Program-made: the position numbers and the translations under genes
Assembly (NCBI RefSeq): GCF_009914755.1
Contig: NC_060942.1
Source: the human T2T-CHM13v2.0 reference genome, Homo sapiens
Strand: one strand, 5' to 3'
DNA: 64,000 nt
The notes under the pieces: generated by a model
Told to the model about the DNA's origin: nothing
Database searches by the model: none
Seen by the model: the letters and a program-made list of their open reading frames with translations, nothing else
Shown: in pieces, positions 39,064-51,574 of the stretch
Layout: each line of letters opens with the position of its first letter
Numbering within the stretch: position 1 is the stretch's first letter

Positions 39064-41089
39064 TTCACAGAACTTCAGACTTCCTAGCTAGATTGACAGC
39101 TGAGTTATTTGCCCATCTCTAGTGACTGACAACAGGTAATGGAAAGGCTTTTTACCGTGATATAACGGCACAGAATATTTCCTAATTTACTGCTATAGTT
39201 CTCATCAAAAGTACCCTGGCAAAAAAATAACACTAGATTTATCACTTCAATTACTGGAATTTCACATTTAGTTTTAGGAGACATGTTTCTGTAATGTGAC
39301 AGGCTTTACAGATTCTGAACTTCTTCTGACATTGCAGTTATCAGGTAATCAGAGAGAGATATAAATGCAAGCAATTGTTACAGTTTTATAACTTTTAATG
39401 GTATCTACTGGCAAGAAATAAAACAGACCATAAACTGATGGTCTTGGTTAGATGACAAAAAAAGCCTTTTTTGTCAGCTTAAAAAAATGTTCAACTGTCT
39501 GAAAATGGACAGGAACTACCTTTAAACCATCATAATGTTATAATTACAAATGGGTTTTTTGAGGTTATGATTGTGAGTAGTGCCGTCAATCCCATATAAG
39601 GACAAGTATTGGAAGGCATGTATTTATGAATGTTAGCGTGGTGGATGTTGATTTGTGTCCTCATGCAGAGCTAGCACACTATTCTGTGAGTCAAAAACCA
39701 TGACCGTTTCCTGGTTCACTGCTTCATATCTGGAATCTTGCTTTTCTCATTTCCTTATTTGGGGCTAATTTTTGACTCCTTAAAATTAGTTAAATATATG
39801 GCAACAATTACTTGTTATTTTATAGCTATTTAAAACACTATGTAGTTTCAACTTATTTCACCATAAGAATCATCACAACTTTTACTATTTCTCTTAGTAA
39901 TGTTATTGCTATATAATGAGCGTATTATAAGGTACACTTCAGATGTCAGATAGAACTATATTGGTGCCATATTGAACTGCACTGCACTGCACTGCTGCTG
40001 ACTCATATGTGTAATCATGTTTCTTACACAGCAAGTGAAGTTTAATGCCGTGGTAAAAGTTCTTATGTTCCAACCTGTCCACCTAAGATACGGAATTTAA
40101 GATAAGGATATCGACAACAATAAAGTTTCAACTGAATGTGTTATCATTGTGAGTAATTTTAATAGTGAACTTTCTCTTGGTGTAGTTATAAAATTACACT
40201 TTTGTCATCTATTTCTGATTTTCTGCCCTAAAATTACATTGAGTTTATTTCATCCTAGCATCTTTTATCCAGTGCCACTGCTATTAATACCTCTATATTT
40301 ATCAAAGTATGTCAGAAAAGTTGAAGCTAGAGAAGGAGTCCCAGCATTTGTAGCCACTGTTATCACAATTGCCCTGAAGGCCAAGTTGCAGGATTTTATC
40401 TTAGCTTACCCATTAGCTCACCATATTCCAGAAAAAGCAGGTGTCTAACACTTCCACCATCTGAAAACAGGACTCGAGTGTAAGCCGAAATATGTAAAAC
40501 TGAGTGGCAGTGGGAATCAATTCAGCCATTTTTTTCTTTCCATAAATACTTATTGAGCATCTGCTTATGTTTCAGGTTCAGAAAAGAAAATGGATAGTTT
40601 TGTCTGAGATCTCAGTAAAATTACATGTAGGAAATTTACCATTACTATGACTAATTAAAACAAATAATAACAAGTATTTGTAAAGGTCTTTGCAATTTAC
40701 AAAATGCTTTCAGATAACAGTACTCACATAATTAAGTGGCTATAATCACTTTACCCACATGTGCTATACCTGCTAGAAGGATACTTTGTAACCTCTCAGG
40801 TTAATTGCTCAGTTTTTAAAGGTTAATAATATATGTCAGCTTAAGGAAAGTGTGAAAAAATTTTTCCAATCCCCACATGACCCTGCCTGTCTTGTAGGAG
40901 GATTAGGGATCCACTGATGTTTTGGCAGGGAGGTTTATAGGGATGAAGTTTTCTGTATTTGTATGGAGTAGCCAAGATATCAGTGCTAGTCAGCAACCAC
41001 CCAACCCTATGCCATTCCTCAAGGTGATTAACGGTGACTGATGAAATCAGGTTGGTGCATAACACTTCATTTTTGAAGAACTGAGTAGC

Positions 41090-41298
41090 TCATATCCAGG
41101 CTGTCAGCAAATGCTTACCACCAGTCTTCAAAATATATCTGGAATCAGATCACTTTTTCCTTCTTCCACCATGTGTTGTGGTCCAAGTAACTGTTTCTCT
41201 CATCCCTCTTATAATGGTAGCCTCCTCATTGCTCCTCCTGCTTCGACCTTGTGCTGCTCCTGTCTCTTTTTAGTATAGCCAAAGTTGTTCTTCTGAAA
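41090..41298 (+). mobile_element. L2 fragment
   Basis: catatccaggctgtcagcaaat...tcttcaaaatatatctggaatcagatcacttttt...ggtagcctcctcattgctcctcctgcttc matches sense L2. Confidence 0.6.
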
Positions 41299-41299
41299 G

Positions 41300-41385
41300 A
41301 GCCCTGCCTGGTAGAATTACCTGTTTTCTATCTACACTGTCCAGTGGTGGGCACCTGCCCCATGTGGCAGCTGAGCACATGCCAG
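41300..41385 (+). mobile_element. MER3/MER33-like hAT fragment
   Basis: ttctatctacactgtccagtggtgggcacctgccccatgtggcagctgagcac resembles ctgcgctgtccaatacggtagccactagccacatgtggctattgagcac. Confidence 0.45.
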
Positions 41386-41439
41386 GACCTGAGTTTTTTT
41401 AACTAATTTCTAGCAAAAGGTCCACTAAGCAAACTGTAA

Positions 41440-42700
41440 TTGAATTCAAAAAGAAAATATTCTTGGGTGGGAGAGTTTAATCCATAGTAATCTATGATAA
41501 ATCAAAAAGAAGAAAAATCATTTTCTGTGAATAGTATAATTGATATTTGCACAATAGAATTATGTGAACAACGGAATTAATAGATTAATAGTTAATTTTG
41601 AAAAATTTGTAACACAGTGTTAACTTTATGATCGAGTATCTGTGGAAAATGCATGGAACTTATACCTGTCTTTAAAGGAAAATTTCTAAGCTTAGGAAAC
41701 CATGATTTTCAAAATATAATAAAAATTTAAACAGGAAAGAAAAAACCCAAGCACCTATAAATATTGAAATACTTATATAATAGGAGGAGAAAAAAGTAAA
41801 TGAAAAATACAGTTGCAGTCTAAATATTATGAAAAATTAAAAACTAAAAAATTAATGATAAAATATGTCATATTAGAACTGATTGGGATTTGTCTGAAGT
41901 TGAACTCCAAACTAAATTCACAGTCTTAAATAATTTTATAAATGAAAAAGAAGGGAGTAAAAGTAAATTGAATTATTTTGAATAACAATCCACAATGTCA
42001 TAACAAAAAAGGAGAAATAAAGTCATTAAGTAACAGCTGAAATAAATGATGTAGAAAACAGGAAAAATAAAAAATAATAAATTTAAGATAACTTGGGTAG
42101 AAATTAGCAAACCTTACAAATCAAGAAAAAATCTGAAATAAAAATTTTAATATAACAGCTAAAAATGTAGTGCTTTAAAGAAGTTAAGCTATGTAATTTA
42201 AGGTATCAGTGAAATGCAGGAATAAATTGAGACCCTTTGTTTTACTTTTTTTAATTTCTGGAAAGTTTTATGTGGCAAAGAAATTGCAGATTTTGCAAAT
42301 TTGGAAAACTTCAGGAGTAAATTTGTTGAGTCTACAGGCTTTGTGTGCCTGTAGAGAGCACACATATTAATAATGTATATTAACTCTTTAACTGCTCTCC
42401 ATTATTTTCTATTACCAGTTTCATAAACCCCACTTAGAACATAGACCTGAAGGTCCTCAGCAAAACACAGGGAATAGAATAATCTGATCAAACCCATTTA
42501 AAAGACTATACAGTATTAGAAATCCCTCAATTAATCATCAGGTTAAATTAGAAGATCAAATAATTATCTCAAAGGATGCCAAAAGGAGATATTGGATACA
42601 AAATCATTTCCTATTGACCCTAAAAATGGAAGAAAATCAGTATGTTTATGTATTTTCTTTATCCCACAAAAAATTTGAGGTAGCTTATATAAAATACATA
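41440..42700 (+). mobile_element. Highly degraded L1M ORF2 fragments
   Basis: A-rich L1-like motifs: taaattcacagtcttaaataatttt; aagtaacagctgaaataaatgatgtagaaaacagg; aataattatctcaaaggatgccaaaaaggagatattggatacaaa. Confidence 0.55.
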
Positions 42701-43113
42701 AATACATACAGAATACATAAAATAAAATTCAGATAATAGAAAATTAAGGTAAGATTTTGTGACCATAAGGAACCCAGCCAGGGACGAGAAAGTGACTTTC
42801 TTTACTCAGTGGCAATGCAAATTCAGCTGGCAGTGCGACTTGAAAGTGTGCGCAGTGGTCCTCCTCCCCATATCCATGGTTGTGATTTCTGCAGTTTCAG
42901 TTACCTGCAGTCACAGTGGTTCAAACATAGTAAATGGAAAATTCCAGAAACAGTTATTTAAATTGCTTTTTAAATTATTTTAAATTGCAAGCCATTCCTA
43001 GTAGTGTGATGATAGCTCTCTTAGTCCCACTCTTTCCCACTCAGGGTGCGAATCATCCCTTTGTCCAGAATATCCCCGCTGTAAGAGCTCCCCACCTGTT
43101 AGTCACCTATTTT

Positions 43114-43492
43114 CTGTATTAGTCTCTTCTCACACTGCTATAAAGAAATACCTGAACCTGGGTAATTTATGGGGAAAAGAGGTTTAATTGACTCACAGTT
43201 CCACAGGCTGCACAGGAGGCATGGCTGGGGAGGCCTCAGGAAACTTACAATCATGGTGAAAAGGCAAAGGGGAAACTAACACCTTCCCATGGTGGCAGGA
43301 GAGAGAGAGAGAAGGGGGAGGTGATACACACTTTTGAACAACCAGGTCTCATGAGAACTTACTCATCACAAGAACAGCAAGGGGGAAATCTGCCCCCATG
43401 ATCCAGTCACCTCCCACCAGGTCCCTCCCCCAACATTGGGAATTGAAGTTTGACTTGAAATTTGGGTGGGGACACAGAGCCAAACCATACCA
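43114..43492 (-). mobile_element. MSTA-type MaLR LTR
   Basis: tgtattagtc...cactgctataaagaaatacctg...gaggcctcaggaaacttacaatcatgg...tttgggtggggacacagagccaaaccatacca is an antisense MST LTR with both TG/CA termini. Confidence 0.92.
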
Positions 43493-43714
43493 CCTAGTAT
43501 CCATCCTGGTCATCAGATTGACTGGTAACAGTGTCACAGTGCTTGTGTTCAAGTAAAACTTATTTTACTTCGTAATAGCCCCAAAGTGCAAGAGTGATGA
43601 TGCTGGTGTATTGTAATAATTGTTCTATTTTATTAGTTATTGCTAACCTCCTCATGTGCGTAATTTATAAATTAAACTTTATCATAGGTATGTGTATGTA
43701 GGAAAAAGCATATA

Positions 43715-43787
43715 GTGTGTATGTGTATGTATATATAGATATGTGTGTGTATATGTGTGTGTATGTGTATATGTGTGTGTATGTGCA

Positions 43788-43819
<32 letters not shown>
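43715..43819. repeat. Compound (TG)n/(TA)n microsatellite
   Basis: Interrupted TG/TA repeats expanded inside MER44B at its catagtatatatagg site. Confidence 0.9.
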
Positions 43820-43959
43820 GGATCTGGTACTATCTGTGATTTCAGGCATCCACTTAGGCTCACGGAAGGTGTTCCCTGCACATAAGGGCACTACAATGTG
43901 AAACTTTTTCCTGGAAATCAAGAACAAGATTGTATGTGATGACCAATATTATTTTTCTC

Positions 43960-44340
43960 CTATCGGAAGAAGGAAAGTTATCTGCTGCTCATAATTTCTT
44001 CTATGCCTAGAAGATTCTGTGAGAATTTAAACTATTAAATGAATAGCCCAGTAAAATGGCTGAATATAAGACTAATATACAAAACTGAAGAGTCTTTCTA
44101 TATTAGAGCTATAATCAATTAGAAAAATACTAATGGGAAAATCCCATTCACAATTGTAACAAAGATAAATAATAACTTTGTCCATACCCATTTAAAAAAA
44201 TTTATTCCTGTATTTGAAAAAATAAGTTTTGGAATATGGACAGTGAATTAAAGTGTTCAGCATTTTAGAATGAGAAGACAGACTCCTTCCTAATCTAATC
44301 TGTGGATGTCATCCTAGTGAAACCTGAACAGAGGAACTGA
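43960..44340 (+). mobile_element. Old L1M ORF2 fragment
   Basis: cagtaaaatggctgaatataagactaatatacaaaac...tttctatattag...atcaattagaaaaat...atcccattcacaattgtaacaaa. Confidence 0.55.
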
Positions 44341-44409
44341 AGTTAGAAGATATGAAAACAAATGTACAATAATGAGACAGTGGGCCGTGGCTGGAGGAGA
44401 GCAATCTGT

Positions 44410-44615
44410 GTGTCATTACTGATTGCTCACTGTGCTCCAGACCAGACACTGAGCCCGGAGGCTTTCTGTATTTCACCTCATTTCATTTTCACACCAGCCA
44501 TAGGAGGTAGATACCATCCTCCCCTTTTAAGAGGAGAAAACTGAGTCTTGCCTGAGTTCTATTAAATGACAGAACCAAGATTCAAAGCTAAATACATCTG
44601 ATTTCAAAGCTCTAA
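44410..44615 (-). mobile_element. MIR fragment
   Basis: cattactgattgctcactgtgctccagacc...tcacctcatttcattttcacaccagccataggaggtagatacc...cccttttaagaggagaaaactgag. Confidence 0.65.
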
Positions 44616-44734
44616 AAAGGTACAAAAAAGCAACACATCACATAGATTGACCTCAGGCAGAGTCCATTATATGTAATCTATGAATATATATGTATTTATA
44701 TTTGTGTGTTTTATATAATACATTATACATTCTT

Positions 44735-45049
<315 letters not shown>

Positions 45050-45054
45050 TAAAG

Positions 45055-45840
45055 AGGACTCACAAGTCAATGTAAAAGGGAAATATTATTTAATATTTAA
45101 TAAATTTTGTGAGACTTACTAGGATAGCAGTTTGACAGAGTCTATTTAGAACCTTATTGGATATAGTTCACAAAGATAAAAGTTGATGCACTAAAGAGTT
45201 AAATTTTTTTAATTATAAAATTCTATACGGAAATAAAATTAAACCAAATTCTGATGAGAGAACTTTCTCATAATTTGAATAAAAGAACTAACAAAATAAC
45301 TGATTAATAGATATAACTATATAAGCTACATTCTGTATGTCAGAAGTTCCCAGAATAAAAAGGCAACTAGAATACTGAGAAAGTATTTTGTCCTCAAACA
45401 ACACATTAAAATTTTATATATTTTTATATAAAGAGCTCATTATCATTAAATCAATAGGAAAAACACTACAAACTCAATAAAAACAGGTAGAAAAGATGGC
45501 AGATCAATCATAAAATAGAAAATAGAAATTTTATAAACAAATGTCTGGAAAGGTATTTATTATAACTAGTAACTTAACAAATGCAAACTTTTTTAAAAGA
45601 AAAAAATGATATACCCTTTTGTCTATCAAAGTCACAATAAAAGATACATAAACACTTGGTGTAACGTGCATCTGCTGCAGGTAATGGTGCTCATTGGTTC
45701 CTAGTTTTTGGACATTAACTTGATGATGTGAATCAGGTGCCTTAAATTTTTTCTTTTAATGAGAGCAAGAGAAAGAAAGTGAGAGAACTATTTTCACAGT
45801 GCTATTTACTGAAAGTAGCCCAAATATCAAGGGGTTGGGG
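45055..45840 (+). mobile_element. Old L1M ORF2 3' fragments
   Basis: aaaaaggcaactagaatactgagaaagtatttt; tataaagagctcatt...aatcaataggaaaaacact; ataactagtaacttaacaaatgcaaact. Confidence 0.5.
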
Positions 45841-45884
45841 CCACACAGTCACTTTGACTGTCATTCACCTGTGAGTCTGCTGTA

Positions 45885-46068
45885 TCACATAGTGGCTTAG
45901 AGCACTCCTCAGACAGAGCTGGGTTTAAATTCTGGATATTGTTTCACATTGTACATGGCCTAAGGCAATAGCCTAACCTCTCTGCACTTGAATTTACTCA
46001 TAATATTAGAGTGTACCACCTAAGACTATACGAGTGAAATAATGCATGTAAAAATTACCACTTAGCAT
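45885..46068 (+). mobile_element. MIR fragment (target of the L1PA insertion)
   Basis: catagtggcttagagcac...cagacagagctgggtttaaattctgg...cctaaggcaatagcctaacctctctgcac...aataatgcatgtaaaa. Confidence 0.55.
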
Positions 46069-46763
46069 GTGGTAATTTTAGCTATCTCATACCAGTCAGA
46101 ATGGCGATTATCAAATGTCAGTTAATGGCGATTATTAGACAGTCAAGAAACAACAGATGCTGGTGAGGCTGTAGAGAGGAACACTTACACTATTGGCAGG
46201 AATGTAAATTAGTTCAACCACTGTGGAAGACAGTGTGGTGATTCTTCAGAGACCTAGAACCAGAAATACCATTTGATCCAGCAAGCCCATTACTAAATGT
46301 ATACCCCAAAGAATATAAATTGTTCTATTGTAAAGATACCTGCATATGTATGTTCATTGCAGCACTATTAACAATAGCAAAGACACGGAGTTGACCCAAA
46401 TGCTCATCAGTGATAGACTGGATTTTAAAAATGTGATGCACGTACACCGTGGAATACTATGCAGCCATGAAACGAACGAGATCATGTCCTTTGCTGGGAC
46501 TTGGATGGAGCTGGAAGCCATTATCCTCAGCAAACTCTCGCAGGAACAGAAAACCAAACACCACATGTTCTCACTTACAAGTGAGAACTGAACAATGAGA
46601 ACACATGGACACAGGAAGGAGAACAAGACACGCTGGGGTCTGAAGTAGGGGGGCAGGGAGAGCATCAGGATAAATAGCTACTACATACTGGGCTTAATAC
46701 ACCATGTTACCTGTGTAACAACCTGCACATCTTTCACATGTACCCTGGAACTTAAAATAAAAT
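46069..46763 (+). mobile_element. 5'-truncated L1PA (L1PA8A-L1PA11-like) with a complex 5' junction
   Basis: L1PA 3' end (gacctagaaccagaaatacc; gggagagcatcaggataaatagcta; ggaacttaaaataaaat). Perfect 18-bp TSD aaaattaccacttagcat (46051-46068 / 46764-46781). Confidence 0.93.
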
Positions 46764-46822
46764 AAAATTACCACTTAGCATATGTCATATATTAATAAAA
46801 AGCCTTGAATTAACTATTCATA

Positions 46823-46965
46823 TGCTACCATTAATTGTAATTAACAGACATAATTATTATAAACTGGTATTAGTGATATATCCTAATTATAATTAATAGT
46901 ATGTATATTACATGTAATATAACTAATAATGTATCATATAAGTTAATTAGTAATTAATGGTAGCA
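46823..46965. repeat. AT-rich inverted repeat (23/24-bp arms, ~96-bp spacer)
   Basis: tgctaccattaattgtaattaac (46823-46845) pairs with gttaattagtaattaatggtagca (46942-46965); internal 18-bp palindrome tatattacatgtaatata (46904-46921). Confidence 0.8.
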
Positions 46966-47114
46966 AATTTTAATAACTACCTGTCTAAGTAAATCAGAGA
47001 CTGAATCAGCCAAATTCTTGGGGGCTAACTAATCAAAGCTACCCTCTGATTTAACTGCCGACAGCTGACCACTTCATCGTGACCACCCACTCCTTCATCC
47101 CACAGTGGCAGGAA

Positions 47115-47156
47115 GTCAGCTTTCTCTAATTATAGTCGGCTTTCTCTAATTATAGT
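47115..47156. repeat. 20-bp tandem duplication
   Basis: gtcagctttctctaattata followed by gtcggctttctctaattata. Confidence 0.9.
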
Positions 47157-47899
47157 TGTGAATCGTCAGCTACTCTAGCTATCTGAGCACCTACATGAAT
47201 GCAAGTATTGGTGGTATAGAGTAATTTAGTCATTCCCCACATTCAATAGAACCTACTTTAAAGTGGGAAACTCTTCTTTAGATTACTATATTTAGCTTAT
47301 TTCATGTACTACTGTTGTAGTTGCACTTTGAAATAGTTCAGTTATTTACCATTGTAATTTTACTAGTTTGTGGTGCGTTGGTTTTGATCAATCTGCAACA
47401 AATATTGAGCTCCCTCTTCAGAACGCACTGTGCTAAGTTATGGGGCAAGTTTCGATCTAGAGGCCTGGGTTTGAGGAAGAAAACAAGAAGGAAAAAGGAG
47501 AGCATGTGGGAGTCTCAAGCTTATCCTCAAAATGTATGTGAGTTCATGATTAAGTTTGAAACTAAGATTTTGTTTGTAGACTTTCAAGAGAAAAGCCAAA
47601 GAAGTTAGGCTATTTGGAGGATTTCAATTATGTTTTCAAGAACTCCTATTTGGGTTTCTGAAAAAGAGCCTAAAACTGGTGTGCTGGTTTCAGGGGTGTA
47701 TTTGAAATTCTGTTCATTTGTTAAGAGGGAGAATTCTGTTAGGACTGATTAACTTACTCGCAGATACTGTTCCTTTATCATCTATGTCTGTTGATTAATT
47801 CATTATGTAATCCTATCCTTTAATCACACCACACAGAAAATTTACCTAAAGAATACAGGAAAAAAATGTACTGAATTTCTCTCTCTGTTAAGACAGGGA

Positions 47900-48960
47900 A
47901 ATAATGTGGTGTGAAATTCCAAGATAGGCTTTGCAAGTGAGACAACACTTTTTGTGACCTATTAACCGTGTTCATTTTCAAATGTGCTATCCTATTCCTA
48001 TTTTCCTTTCTATTAAACATTTCAACTAGTAATTCTGAAAATTTAGTTTAAAGGGTGATGAATTTAAAGCTCTGTGTAATGGTGTATATTTTTAAAGGAA
48101 TTATCTTGAATAATTTCATCTCATAGGCATGCACTGTGGCAGATGTTTGCAAATCTTGGTTTAAAACTGATTGAAGTATTTTAAGAAAACTGAAATAATG
48201 TCAGCGGTAAAATTTATTTTACCAAGTGCAGATGTAAGACATCAAGTTCTCAGACTGATGGCAGAATTAACAAAAAACACCATCTGGTTCAATAATTATC
48301 TGAAAATACCCATATTCTTGGATTTCTTTAATACCACTTAGTTCCCAGCTTTATTTTATCTGAGTTTGCACACCAACCAGACTAGGTTGTACAAAACGAA
48401 GACTATTTCCATCTGATCATTTAAAAAAATGTGTGTTTGCATGAATAATGAATCTTTGAATTGTTACTAAACAAGCAAATTATTTGCGTATGTGTCACAT
48501 CGGTTATCAAGTTTGCACATGTGACAGCTTCAACAGCCGTCGCGCAAAATGCATAGAGCTTGTAACCATATGTTTTTGCTTGACAAAAAGCTAAAACTCA
48601 AGATCAATTTTCAATATGGAATGCACAAATTAACACTTTAAAATGCACCACAATATGTACAGCTTGGCAAAATTTGCAGAAATAGCACGTTTCTAGATAT
48701 TAACTGATATCTTTGGATTCGACCTTAAGGTATTCAATCATTTTGATTAAAAGACTGATTTCTCATAAAACCACAGTCTGTTGGAGGCGCAAAGCCAATG
48801 ACATTTGAGCATTCATATATTTTCATAAACTTTGAACAATGTCAGTGAGACACCTCTTCAATCTTGGCCACACAACAGCAGGGTATTCAATCTTTCTTTA
48901 GCTTAAGACAGAAAATTTGAATATCAGCATAGGGTTATAAATGTGGCAGCTCACGTGGTG
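47900..48960. promoter_or_regulatory. Candidate conserved non-coding / enhancer-like segment
   Basis: Transposon-free unique sequence with TGACAG/TGACA, TAATTA and TTTGCA motifs and a retained CpG cluster (gccgtcgcgcaaaa, ~48537-48549). Conservation not testable here. Confidence 0.3.
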
Positions 48961-50327
48961 TGCTCCATGTTGATTTTGGAGGAGCAGGTCTGTGCAATGT
49001 GTACAACATTTCACTTCACACTCTTCACCACTAGTTTCCTTTCCCTTCCCACCTTTTCCCCACCACCTCTCCCCAAAAGGCATTATATGAAAGCATTTTG
49101 TTTGTGTGTTATAAAAGCAGTTTCTTTGAAGAGTTTGTTTGGTATGGGGGAACAAAGAGCTGCTTTTAAAATTGGCTTCTCCTAATGCTACTTGTGGCAC
49201 TTACTCAGAATAGTATGATGATACAGATGCCTTGATGTTTCTTCAGCTTTTTCACCCTTTGAACGTAGTAATTAGTCATTATGCTGCCAAGTGTGCGTGT
49301 TCCCCTTTGGCCTCCTAAATGAGATCTTAGCAAAACCTGGATGTTCTTCAAATACTTCTTTTTTTAGTTGTATTCAGTGAAGAGTGATTATCCTATATGG
49401 TTGGTGAGATCTGTAAGGTTTTCAGTTTGTTATAAATAACACGGCGTTAATTGAATCAACATCCACTACGTAGAAGGTGTCTCTCACTTTAGAGTGTTGT
49501 CTTGCAGGCAGCTTGGGCAAAAACCAGATGGGCTGTGAGGGGAAGATGAGCACTTCTGTCTTGCCTGAACAGAAAATGCGACAATATTCTGTTAAGTCAA
49601 GAGACGACGACAAAGGAACTTTTTAATATATTGTAATATACGACAGATGCCCAAAAATGTTTACCTAAAATCTCTTTAATCTTGCTAATCTCCACATTGA
49701 GTGTGTCCTAATATTAGAATGAAAAGCATTACTAGTACTCATAGACAAAGATAATAAACTATTGAAAACTTAGCATCAACTGGCATAATCCCACAGAATT
49801 CCTTTATAACAAAATCTTCTGAGTCATGGATAATAATCCAGATTTTTGAATTTCTTATTATTTGCACACATCTTATCCCCTGAAGAATGTCAAGTGAAAA
49901 TTTTGCATTGGTAGGGTAGAATCCATTAGTAATACCATATCAGAAGACATAGCTGTTAATTGCATCCATAATTTCAATAAAATTTGTTATATGAAACACA
50001 AGAATAAACAATTCTGTAAATTTGGAACTCTTTCAAACTAGTACAGCTTGATTCAGTAACCCATTGATCCAAGATATTTTCAGTGACCAGCAACTCTTAC
50101 AAACCATTTGGAAACGCAGTTCAAGAGGTAGTAATGTTGATTCTGCTACTGTTGTTTCCAAATAACTGCCGTGTTTATTAATGGTATGTGATTGGCCACA
50201 TGCACACCTCACTAAATACTTTGAGCATAGATTATACCGGATGATGAAAGGATTTCCTTGCCTAAGTCGATGACTGCTTCTTCAGAACCTCGTGCCCTCA
50301 GCCCTGATCAAGTTGAGCTACAGTGGT

Positions 50328-51470
50328 TCATCCATTAACTCAACAGACATTTGTGGAGCATCAGCCGGGTGTCAGTCCCTGTGTGAAGTACAGGACTACA
50401 TCAGTAAACACTGTCATCCTGCCCTCACAGAGCTTGCATTCTACATATGAATAGGTGTAAAATAACTGCAAGTTACGACAAGGCCATGAGTCAAAGAAAG
50501 CAGTATGTGGCCTGCGATGGAGAGTCACAGACACTCGTGCAGGAACTGGGGATTGTATTGTACCTTCATTCTGGAAGTGCTGTCTGAGGAAGACAGGGAA
50601 CAAGCTGTTCACGGAGATGAGAGCTTGAAAGCATTTCAGACAAAAGACTGAGCACGGAGACCTTTGCAGAGTGAGCTGTGCGGCACATTCAAGGCAACAA
50701 GTGAGCCAACCAGTGTGGCCAAAAGGAGGCAAGGAAGAGGGTGGTGCATAGGCAATGGGAAGAGCTGTGGGTTTTCATCCCTGGGATTCCAAGAACAAAT
50801 TTTAATTTTAAGAATTTACCCTTTTCTCCTTTATGGAGGATGGTTTGGGAGGACGGAAGGTAGAATTAGGAGACTAGTTAGGAGATATTGGCTGCGATCA
50901 GGAAGACAGAGATACAGGTGGTCTAGGCTAAGAGTGTAGCCATGGAGTTAGTGCAAATAGTAGGATGTAGGATACATTTTGGAGACAGAGGTGGTGGAAC
51001 TTGTTAGTGGGTTGGATATGGAAGGTAGGGAGGGAGCATTGGTCAATGAGGAAGGACTACTAAGTTTCCATCTTGAGCTATGTGCAAGTGTTGTTGCCAT
51101 CTGATCTCTAATTCTCTGATTTGGGGCAAACAGCAGATTTAGGAGGAGGTCATCTTAGGAGGGAGTGTGAGGAGAGACAAGAGAGGGTTCAGAGTTCAAG
51201 GTCAGACAGAGGCTGGTGGCAGCACAGGAGTACGAGAAGGAGTGGCCAGTGAGACAGAAGGAAATGAGAGGGAGCAGTATAAAAGAAGTGAAGGAAACAG
51301 TGGGCTTCCAGAAGAAAGAGATGGTCAGCTGTAGCTACTGCCCACGAGACATGGTCAGAATGAGCCTGTACTTTCCACACCTCCTTCCTGTAGAACCTGT
51401 GAGAGAACACGCTGCTGCACTGTGCCGTGGCAATGGTAGTGTGAGCACAAGGCAGTGGTAGCAGAGACGT
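50328..51470 (-). mobile_element. L2 (3' end plus upstream segments)
   Basis: ttcatccattaactcaacagacatttgtggagcatc...cctgccctcacagagcttgcattcta...aggagactagttaggagatattg...gatacattttggagacagag...ggaacttgttagtgggttggatatgg. Confidence 0.72.
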
Positions 51471-51574
51471 GATGAGCAGTTCTGTCTGTTCTGTCCTCTG
51501 CTGGGCCACTGCAGTCCTGGAAGATTCCAATTTTGAGTATTTACTCATTCAAAACTGTGTTTTCTTTATAAAAC

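Larger units (their letters stand above)
42853..43896 (+). mobile_element. MER44B (TcMar-Tigger derivative), interrupted by an MSTA LTR and a microsatellite
   Basis: Both ends present (cagtggtcctcctccccatatccatggt... and ggtactatctgtgatttcaggcatccact...ataagggcactac); internal aaatggaaaattccagaaa, gaatcatccctttgtccag, cagtgcttgtgttcaagtaa, aatttataaattaaactttatcataggtatg. Confidence 0.88.

Noticed and set aside
39425-39476. Two adjacent short hairpins (agaccat/atggtct; tgacaaaaaa/ttttttgtca) resembling a terminator or small RNA
   Set aside because: Stems rely largely on A/T runs; no snoRNA boxes, tRNA fold or miRNA-length stem; intrinsic terminators are irrelevant here.
46346-46665. ORFs resembling the L1 ORF2 C-terminus
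   Set aside because: Frameshifted remnants within the old L1PA copy; non-functional.
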